The notes below the pieces were generated by a model that saw nothing but the letters and a program-made list of their open reading frames with translations, had not been told where the DNA came from and searched no databases. This document shows, piece by piece, positions 53,846-64,000 of a stretch of 64,000 nucleotides of DNA; the stretch's first letter is position 1; each line of letters begins with the position of its first letter. The stretch is from Haliotis cracherodii (Eukaryota): contig NW_027266297.1 of assembly GCF_022045235.1 (NCBI RefSeq), positions 67,146,001-67,210,000 on the forward strand. Reading direction: 5' to 3'. A program made the translations under genes and the position numbers.

Positions 53846-55273
53846 ATCCCATATCTAAATATAACATCAGTGACATCGTGAAAAGCGGTCTTTAGCATGC
53901 TAGAAATATACTGGTAAATTTTCCATACAGTCATCATAACCTGTTGACATGTCCTGAAGATGCGTGAATTTCAGTTTAGGTTCCACGGTATTTAACAATG
54001 ACATTTACCATATCTCACTGTCAACTAATTTTCTCAAACAGTTTCCACATTCACATTGAGTCAGATGGGATTGAGGATCCCTTGAGAGTTCAGGCTACAG
54101 CTTGAAAACAATGTGATCGGTAGGAAGGTTGTTTACTGGCCACAAGGTCAAGACAGACCTACCTACGTGGTTGAATATGTTTATGTTGCCCGCCATCCAG
54201 CTGTGCCCCCTATATACACCAATTCAAATGGTAAAGACGTTCGACATCCAATGAACCTAATCGGCCGAGTATTGAAAATGGATCACAATGTTTATCCCCA
54301 AAGGCTTTTGTTCATGGCGTTCCTGTTACAGCTAGACTCCAGTGGTGTAAATATAGTGACATATAAAGATAATGGACTTGTTTGTTCAGCCAAGCGAGGG
54401 TTAAAGTTGAATTATTCTGCCGTAAACACGAGATGAGTTTCTTTCCCAGGATAACTTAACATCTGAGTGTTTTGCCAAGTAAACATTCCAGAACATTTAA
54501 TCAGAACAGTCATATGTAGATATATATCTAGATATAAATGTATGTATCTTCCAGGTTATTAGCCTCACGAAGTGGATCTGGGTGGATAAATACAAGATAC
54601 ATGATATGTGCCATAGATTCGTAAATCGAAAATTCGAACGAATTTACTTGGCGCGGTACTTTTGCGGTACACATTAATGGGCGTCAATGTAACGTCGGCC
54701 CACAAATGTAGCAGGGGTGGTTCATTATGAAAAATGACAAGCTGCGGTTGTGTTTGTTGAGGTGACATTTATTCCATTATCAATCACTTCAATTGATCAA
54801 TCACCCTGTAATAAAATATATAACATTATATACTGTACATAGAATAGCATACGGCTGCATATTAATTATTTCCTAGTTTGAGCAGTCACATTAATCCATA
54901 CATGCAACGCATACAGTTACACATCACTAGTTCGTTGTAGATAACTTATAATAAATAACGAACTTTCAAATAGTAATACATATATTAAATGTCTCTTATC
55001 ATAACTGAATATATCAGTTACACACCATATAGTTAGAAGAATACCAGTAGCCGTGTGGCGTCATAAATGTATACTTATTATCTCTAAGAGTAGGAATATA
55101 TATAAAATGCTACCATGTTGTGTTAAATTATAACACAAAGTTTATACATATAAATTCATTCATAAGTGAGTGATAAGATAAAGGATGTATACATACCCTG
55201 TGGGTGACACCGGGGTGTGTCTATAAACCCACATCATATAGGATTATGGCATTCCTATAAAAAGTAAATAACA

Positions 55274-55410
55274 NNNNNNNNNNNNNNNNNNNNNNNNNNN
55301 NNNNNNNNNNNNNNNNNNNNNNNNNNNNNNNNNNNNNNNNNNNNNNNNNNNNNNNNNNNNNNNNNNNNNNNNNNNNNNNNNNNNNNNNNNNNNNNNNNNN
55401 NNNNNNNNNN
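55274..55410. other. Assembly gap (137 N)
   Basis: Run of N. Confidence 0.99.
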
Positions 55411-56575
55411 CTTAAATTATAGAAAACCAACTTTTACATTCAAAACTCCCAATCAAATCATGCTCTCACACATACTTAAATGTTGAACACTTTATACTGA
55501 TAAAATAGAAGATATCTTGATTATTTGATATCATAGGTAAGCATTTACAATATTTTACATTATTGATAACATATTTAAATGATAAGTTAGAATTCTATTT
55601 AGGAAAGATAATGTAAATAACTAACCTGAACTATATGTAGTCCATGTCCTGTCTGCAGAGTTATAAGCAGAGTGAATAAAAAGTGTGCAAAGCTGTAGTT
55701 AGATAATGTTAATCAACTAGGAAGCTGAAAGCTATTGTATTGACAAGCTAGAGAGTTGGTGACAAAGGGACAGGAATAGACTAACCTGTCCACCCTTCAA
55801 TAAAACTGCACCAACCGCTTGGACTCTTAACCCAAGCATACACATTTTGTACTACAACCAATGAAGATGTATACAACTACTTGAAATGGAAAGAGCTAAA
55901 ACTATATTCCTAAAAACTATATATACAATATCCTGTTACACAAACATGACTGTTACAACATATGTCAACAAGCAGCACCCCAACGTATTCCTGTTGAAAT
56001 ACAGGCGTAAACTGTCAGTGTTCATGTTTGTCACAGAGAGAGACTAGAGATTTCTAGTCCATAACCATGTAGAGATGACATGCTCGCATATCCACTTCAC
56101 ATTTTCCTCGTGACAAATCCAAGACAGAATAGGCCCATGATACTTAATGATTACCATCAGAGGTGTCTTTTTGAATGGCCAAGATTCCTCAAGATTTTGG
56201 TCATCTCGGTTGATCATCGGAACTCTTGGGGAGATTTCGTCTGAGCAGGTATCTCTGGAGTCCGTGGATCAGACTTAACCCGTTGGTTTTCTCCGAGTTT
56301 AACAAACTGCATTACCCTATTTGGAACGAGTCCCTGTTTGTATTTCGGGGCGGAATAGGTCAGCCGTGCTACATTTACATTGCAAGATTCAACAAAAGTT
56401 AGGAACAGTGTAACTTCGAGACGTGCCTTATTGCTGATTATGATATCATCCACTTAGTTGCATGGTCCAACCGATTAAGTACATACTGCTGTGATAGGAT
56501 TGTATGCTGTATGTAACGTTCACTCATGTATGATTCACTCGCTCATGAACTGACAATTGTCCTGCCACGTCGTCC

Positions 56576-59500
56576 TCAGTATAGGCCATTGTCTCTGTCC
56601 CTGCCTGACAGTCTATTAATCGGCTGTGGTACACGCATCTGCATCCGGGCGTCCCAGTTCGACCTGTCATCAATCTCTTCTGTTTTCTGCATCTTCCGTC
56701 GGCGCCAACACAGCAGGTATTGGATTATTTCCCACAGAAATTGGGCAACTTCAGCAAGGCTCAATACCGAGAGGCCGACCCACAAGCCAACTGTTCCTCC
56801 GATGTCGGAATAAAATTGAACATCCTAAAACAAAAATAATTCTATATTCATTGGGAAAATATCCTTCATGTACACCTTAAGGTGCCTTGGAAACAAGAGT
56901 ATCCACGTTTCCAAGTAATTCCTTATTTGGGAAAGGCATTTACTTCTCATCTGTGTCGATTGATATATATCTAACACAATTTGTAGTTGACAATTTGTAG
57001 TTGATATTTTTCAAAACAGCCTTGTAGTGTGTTCAAGACGAATGTTCAAGGCAAGTGGGCAGCATTCTAGTTTAGTTCACGTCCCTCTCAAGTATTCTGA
57101 ACGCCTGATTATTATTGAGGTAACTGCAAGTTATCGAGCTTAGCAATGTTGTTAACATTAAGGTAAGTTACTTTTTTGTGTAGCATTTATCAGTGTTAAT
57201 TATTTACATGTGCCACAGTAATGTGTTAAATATATGTAATAATATGATGGTGTCGTTATTAAATGAATTCTCTTGTAATCTACTTGATGTGATAAATATG
57301 ATAATTAGGATTTCACATTAAGCTGGATGTATAGAAAATACTTGTAGCGCAAAAACGTAATCAGATAGACTATAAAATATGTTGATCAAAACACCTATAA
57401 TTTGTGTCGTGGTCACCGACTTAGACCCCGCGGTAGCAACGTTTGTCTATGTATGTATGAACAGTTACCGGTCCAGTACACATTTAATTGAAACATTAAT
57501 AAATCGGTTATTAACATCGACATATGACAAGTGAGAACATCCAATAAACCGTCGACTGAACTTACAAACGAAATGATAAACGTACCTCATAAGATGGTAT
57601 TTCTGTGATGTTTTCGTAGTTTAAGTCATCAAAGAAAATGTTCACCTTCAGGAAGTTTCGACTGAAATTATATAAAAAAAGTGTGCATAAAAAACTTCAG
57701 ATAACGCAAAGAGGGCCAGCTAAACCAACAGTTACGCCCAGACTGTCTTTCTGTTTGGTTTGAAATGTCATGAGCCAACTATCAAGGTTGTTGTCGCCTA
57801 TTCTTGTTCGTTTGTTGTCGAACGCCGCACTCAGCAATATTCCAGCTATATGACGGCGGTCTGTAAATAATCGAGTCTGGACCAGACAATCCAGTGATTG
57901 ATATCATGATCATCAATCCACGCAATTGGGATACGATGACATGTTCCAATCGAGTCATCGAGTCTGACCACCCGATCCCGTTTGTCGCCTCTGACGACAA
58001 GCAATTGAATGTTATCATTAAGTGTGCCGTGACGGTGGCTTTCAGCGTACACGTCACAGTTGGTACAGCACTAGTACGTCACGTCGGGTCTCCCTGCGCA
58101 GTGTATGCATGTGGAGAATTTACCGATAACATGCAACAAGAGGTTCAATTTCAATACCGGTCTCGGTTGGCCCAGTCGTCGAAGGCGCTGTGATTCGCTG
58201 TGCAGAGTTGCGTCCCTTGAGCGCGCCAGAAACCTATGATTGTGGGTTCGAATCCCGGTTCGCCCCAATTATGCTTCTAGGTGGGTCAGCACAACACCAC
58301 ACCCGTGCTCGTGGGTTTCGCCGAAGTGGTAAAAGTCTGAGACCTGCATCACTTCGGTCTTCCCTCTCACATTAAGCTGACACGCCGTGATTTAACTGGA
58401 ATACTGTTAAAAGCGGTGTTAAACCCAACTCCCTCACTCACTCACCCACTCACTCACCTGAGATCCCGATATGACATCTTCTCAAAACGTTCACACTCGG
58501 TTTCGTTCTTGTTGTTACACAAATATTGAACCAGCAAATTCTGTAAAGTAGAACAAAGTCATCACACGCAAACTGTCAAAACCAAAACCCGTTCCATTAT
58601 CAAACAAAATACCTGCTAACAGTCGATGGAACGATTCCGACTACACAATAAGCAAGGGTTTATGAACCACTATCAAATAGTGATGATACCATGTGTTCAT
58701 GAAAAGGTAAGCGTATCTTGCTCCACTGATTGCACCATCATAAACACATGCAAAGGTAGGACAATGGTTCACTTGAAAACACACAGATGGAAAAAGTCAA
58801 AATAGGGAATTGTATCAGACATCATTTTTGTCGCTTTTGCGTCAAATTTAGACACTTAGAACTGTAGCAGAGACAAATCAGTATTGACTAACACTCACTA
58901 TAACCGGATACTATCAATGGTTACATTAAGTGGGAGCGGAGGACGAGTTCACTACGCAGTCAGCGTTCGTCTGACGAAATGGCTACTACCGTTAAATAGA
59001 TCATTTCACTCATAGCAAATACACAGACTACATCACACCTGTTTTCAAATACCGGGGTTTCGTTGCCAACTCTTTTTTTATAACTGAGTTGCTTCCATTA
59101 TTGTTTTAGTCCGTATACACAACACAGACAATGTGTTAAGTGACTGAAATTTTCACTGAGGCAATTTACAAAACGGCTAAATATTACTGATCATTCATTT
59201 TATGATAACGAATTCCAAAGATTTGGATGTTGAATTTCATCTTAAAATGATTTAAACGGTTAAAAAGAAAACGAAAGTCGATGCCTAGTGGTTAAAGCGT
59301 TCGCTCGTCACGCCCAAGGCCCGGGTTCGATTTCCCACATGGGTACAATGTGTGAAGCCCATTTCTGGTATCCCCGCCGTGATATTGCTAGAATAGTGTT
59401 AAAAGAGGCGTAAAACTATACTCACTCACTCATTATTAACACAAACACCCGCCGTAATAGTGCTGGAATATTGCTAAAGGAGGCTTAAAACTATACTCAC

Positions 59501-62500
59501 TCACCCACTCACTCACTCTACAACGTAGCATTCTTGCATGCTCCCATGTTTACTTTTGTTTATTTTTACATGAAATGAAGCTAAACATTCTCAAATCGCT
59601 TCCTATTCGTATGCCAAATTCTCCAAATATCCAGTCAGATTTATCCCTCATCTGGACACCCAGAATATCTCTATCAAATGTTTTGTAGTACATGTATATA
59701 TGTGTGTATAATCTAATTCAACCCATAATTAATTTATGTTTAAATTTACGGTCTGGATTTACATGATGATTTCTTTTTTAAATCTGGAAAATGAAGGAAA
59801 GATGTGCAGTGTCCGAAGAATGTGTATCAGGACGCACTGATGTTGTATTCACTTACAGCATACCCATCTGAGGGCCACGTGCGGCTGTGCGTATTTTTCT
59901 CGTACAATCTCTCTCTGAAATAGAGATAGAAAAGGGGGTCATGGATATATTGTAGTGTGAAAAACTGAAAATTTTATCAAGAATAGGAATAATTAGAATA
60001 TTGGATAATCTTGTCAAACAGCTTTTTTCGCTGGTGGCTCAAATGATGGTACTTCATACTAGTCAGTCTTCCATCGTCAAATTCTATACATGTCCAGGCT
60101 TTGTCAAGAATTAATATGATAGAGGGTGTTGACGGAGCATAAGTTGATAGAGGAAGCTGACGGGATCAGAATTGATATGATAGAAGATCTGATGGTCAAG
60201 AATTGGTGACCAGCGAACGCTTTAACCACTAGGCTACCAGACCGCCCGATATGACAGAGGATGCTGACGGATCAAGAATTGATATGACAGGGGATACTGA
60301 CGGATCAAGAATTGATATGACAGGGGATGCTGACAGATCAAGAATTGATATGACAGGGGATGCTGACGGATCAAGAATTGATATGACAGGGGATGCTGAC
60401 GGGCAACTCATCTCATCTCATCTACATATGGAGTACATACTGGCATGGGTTGAAGCAATTACACTGGAACAAGCCCGTCTCCCATCTTGACTCGATCTCT
60501 TGTAAGCACTCAATTTCTGAAGAACAAACACACGAGGTGCAGGAGAATATGACATCACATGTGCTCGTTTTTCAGGTTCTATATCCACACATCCTTGTCT
60601 TATATCATAATCACATGTGATTGGTCTGATTTAAGTTCTAAAATATATCAACATTAACTATTTTTTGTACTCTCCAACTAGGCACATCCTTGTGTTGGAC
60701 TTTCCAGGATCCGCTATTCGGTCTTGAGGTGTAATCTTTGGTTTGCTACAATTATGACCCTCGGGACACAAAGCATAGGGTACTGGGGACCAACTCTGTG
60801 TCGGAATCACTACGGATACAAGCATAGGGTACTGGGGACCTACTCTGTGTCGGAATCACTACGGACACAAGCATAGGGTACTGGGGACCAACTCTGTGTC
60901 GGAATCACTACGGATACAAGCATAGGGTACTGGGGACCTACTCTATGTCGGATTCACTACGGGGATACAAGCATAGGGTACTGGGGACCAACCCTGTGTC
61001 GGAATCACTACGGACACAAGCATAGGGTACTCGGGACCTACTCTGTGTCGGAATCACTACGGACACAAGCATAGGGTACTGGGGACCAACTCTGTGTCGG
61101 AATCACTACGGATACAGGCATAGGGTACTGGGGACTTACTCTATGTCGGAATCACTACGGACACAAGCATAGGGTACTGGGGACCAACTCTGTGTCGGAA
61201 TCACTACGGATACAAGCATAGGGTACTGGGGACCTACTCTGTGTCGGAATCACTACGGACACAAGCATAGGGTACTGGTGACCTACTCTGTGTCGGAATC
61301 ACTACGGATACAAGCATAGGGTACTGGGGACCAACTCTGTGTCGGAATCACTACGGATACAAGCATAGGGTACTGGGGACCAACTCTGTGTCGGAATCAC
61401 TACGGATACAAGCATAGGGTACTGGGGACCAACTCTGTGTCGGAATCACTACGGGGATACAAGCATAGGGTACTGGGGACCTACTCTGTGTCGGAATCAC
61501 TACGGACACAAGCATAGGGTACTGGGGACCAACTCTGTGCCGGAATCACTACGGACACAAGCATAGGGTACTGGGGACCAACTCTGTGTCGGAATCACTA
61601 CGGATACAAGCATAGGGTACTGGGGACCTACTCTGTGTCGGAATCACTACGGGGATACAAACATAGGGTACTGGGGACCAACTCTGTGTCGGAATCACTA
61701 CGGGGATACAAGCATAGGGTACTGGGGACCTACTCTGTGTCGGAATCACTACGGACACAAGCATAGGGTACTGGGGACCAACTCTGTGTCGGAATCACTA
61801 CGGACACAAGCATAGGGTACTGGGGACCAACTCTGTGTCGGAATCACTACGGATACAAGCATAGGGTACTGGGGACCTACTCTGTGTCGGAATCACTACG
61901 GGGATACAAACATAGGGTACTGGGGACCAACTCTGTGTCGGAATCACTACGGATACAAGCATAGGGTACTTGGGACCAACTCTGTGTCGGAATCACTACG
62001 GATACAAGCATAGGGTACTGGGGACCTACTCTGTGTCGGAATCACTACGGACACAAGCATAGGGTACTGGGGACCTACTCTGTGCCGGAATCACCACGGA
62101 CACAAGCATAGGGTACTGGGGACCAACTCTGTGTCGGAATCACTACGGATACAAGCATAGGGTACTGGGGACCAACTCTGTGTCGGAATCACTACGGGGA
62201 TACAAGCATAGGGTACTGGGGACCTACTCTATGTCGGAATCACTACGGATACAAGCATAGGGTACTGGGGACCAACTCTGTGTCGGAATCACTGCGGATA
62301 CAAGCATAGGGTACTGGGGACCTACTCTGTGTCGGAATCACTACGGACACAAGCATAGGGTACTCGGGACCTACTCTGTGTCGGAATCACTACGGATACA
62401 AGCATAGGGTACTGGGGACCAACTCTGTGTCGGAATCACTACGGATACAAGCATAGGGTACTGGGGACCAACTCTGTGTCGGAATCACTACGGATACAAG

Positions 62501-64000
62501 CATAGGGTACTCGGGACCAACTCTGTGTCGGAATCACTGCGGATACAAGCATAGGGTACTTGGGACCAACTCTGTGTCGGAATCACTACGGATACAAGCA
62601 TAGGGTACTGGTGACCTACTCTGTGTCGGAATCACTACGGACACAAGCATAGGGTACTGGGGACCTACTCTTTGTCGGAATCACTACGGGGATACAAGCA
62701 TAGGGTACTGGGGACCTACTCTGTGTCGGAATCACTACGGGGATACAAACATAGGGTACTGGGGACCTACTCTTTGTCGGAATCACTACGGGGATACAAG
62801 CATAGGGTACTGGGGACCAACTCTGTGCCGGAATCACTACGGACACAAGCATAGGGTACTGGGGACCAACTCTGTGTCGGAATCACTACGGATACAAGCA
62901 TAGGGTACTCGGGACCAACTCTGTGTCGGAATCACTACGGACACAAGCATAGGGTACTTGGTACCAACTCTGTGCCGGAATCACTACGTACACAAGCATA
63001 GGGTACTGGGGACCAACTCTGTGTCGGAATCACTGCGGATACAAGCATAGGGTACTGGGGACCTACTCTGTGCCGGAATCACTACGGGGATACAAGCATA
63101 GGGTACTGGGGACCTACTCGGTGTCGGAATCACTACGGATACAAGCATAGGGTACTGGGGACCTACTCTGTGTCGGAATCACAACGGATACAAGCATAGG
63201 GTACTGGGGACCTACTCTGTGTGGGAATCACAACGGGATACAAACATAGGTTTACTGGGGCCTCTCCTTCATTGAGGTCGTACCTCTTCATGTGTTGCAC
63301 TTACGTCTTTTGGTCCTGCATGGAGGAACGTCTCGCCCGGGCTCCGAACTGTTAATGTTTCTATACAGTGTTTCCTTAAGTTCATCAAAGCAACCACATC
63401 GTTTAATGATTCTCTCGTGCACACAGAATGTCTCACAAGTCTGAAATCAAAAAGAAGATACATATGCATTTAAATGATAAATATTCAACATTGGACACAA
63501 CGCAATCTGTATTGATCTTGTACATGTAGTAAAAAGTAAAGGTCTTTGACTTTGGCAACTGTATTTATAGTATTTCTCTTCAAAGTTGTTGATAAATTTA
63601 CATTTTATGAAATCAACATACAAGACATTCTTGTTGTGTTTCTAGTCTTACCAATCCACCGGATCAAAAGCTCTTCTCGCAGAGCATGTTAATCAAGTCA
63701 ATAATTATAAAAACTCGAAACAGGGACCATTTGACTTGCCATTCCAACTTATAACCACTATTAAATACGTTGAAACACATAAACCTCCTTTGTATAACAA
63801 ATTGACAACACCATTTAAAAACAGTTTTTGAAATTAAGTAGAACACTACGAATAGTATTCACAGATAACAAGGTTTTTTAAGAATTTAAACCCAGGAATC
63901 TAGCGTGAAGAAGCCGAACGGATGCGTAAACGCACGACTATTAGACTGGTCAGGTCCTACCTTCCTGGTATATTGCTTTCCATATTTGGCTTTGAAGACT
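56576..64000 (-). CDS. DEG/ENaC (amiloride-sensitive sodium channel, FaNaC/ASIC-related) subunit, 3' seven exons; continues beyond window
   Basis: Exons >64000-63961 (FKAKYGKQYTRK), 63440-63305 (TCETFCVHERIIKRCGC...PPCRTKR), 60516-60441 (IECLQEIE...CNCFNPC), 59914-59857 (ERLYEKNTHSRTWPSDGYA), 58540-58458 (NLLVQYLC...C...RDL), 57661-57586 (RNFLKVNIFFDDLNYENITEIPSYE), 56824-56576 (DVQFYSDIGGTVGLWVGLSVLSLAEV...stop). Cys-rich thumb, WPS motif and TM2 GxS filter are diagnostic; phases all agree. Confidence 0.93.
57805..58003 (-). mobile_element. SINE family C, 3' part
   Basis: Matches the 3056 and 29797 copies. Confidence 0.82.
58159..58457 (+). mobile_element. SINE family B abutting a DEG/ENaC splice donor
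   Basis: Full-length match to family B; tail ends at the exon boundary 58457/58458. Confidence 0.88.
58615..58855 (-). mobile_element. Naiad-type Penelope-like 3' end relic
   Basis: Reverse-complement similarity to 53385-53640. Confidence 0.6.
59282..59518 (+). mobile_element. SINE family A with a second 3' tail
   Basis: Copy at 59282-59432 followed by an extra tail at 59448-59518. Confidence 0.82.
60105..60402. repeat. 33-bp minisatellite GATGCTGACGGATCAAGAATTGATATGACAGGG
   Basis: About 8 units, more homogeneous towards the right; a 40-nt SINE-A head fragment sits at about 60208-60248. Confidence 0.9.
60763..63263. repeat. 49-bp (variant 51-bp) tandem array, about 50 units, in a DEG/ENaC intron
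   Basis: Unit GGA(T/C)ACAAGCATAGGGTACTGGGGACC(A/T)ACTCTGTGTCGGAATCACTAC; highly homogeneous, no spacers. Confidence 0.97.

Noticed and set aside
54113-54436. 107-aa ORF as a gene
   Set aside because: Weak resemblance to a LINE ORF2 C-terminus; no exon context.
60763-63263. CRISPR array or repetitive protein ORFs
   Set aside because: No unique spacers or cas genes; eukaryotic intron; the 49-nt unit breaks the frame.

Overview
AT-rich, intron-rich animal genomic DNA; the repeat content suggests a mollusc, probably a gastropod such as abalone (inference). Exons reconstructed by hand from GT-AG sites and reading-frame phase give a cluster of SLC5A8/SLC5A12/SLC5A6-like sodium:solute symporter paralogs. 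Gene A (+) shows its 3' exons only (990-3394). Gene B (-) has 15 exons (20501-8111) with the last exon unresolved. Gene C (+) is complete, with 16 exons (29450-47286, 616 aa), and is followed by a partial decayed duplicate (about 49530-53270). The 3' half of a DEG/ENaC channel gene lies on the minus strand (64000-56576). Introns and intergenic DNA hold tRNA-derived SINE families sharing one 3' tail, four Tc1/mariner relics, a hAT-like MITE, two decayed LINEs, Penelope-like remnants with hammerhead-like motifs, and 19-, 33- and 49-bp tandem arrays. Most notable: radical, paralog-specific changes in conserved SLC5 core motifs; a SINE tail sitting on a splice donor; a 131-nt near-identical island in the decayed duplicate; and a possible alternative last exon. 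I found no clearly new biological system.
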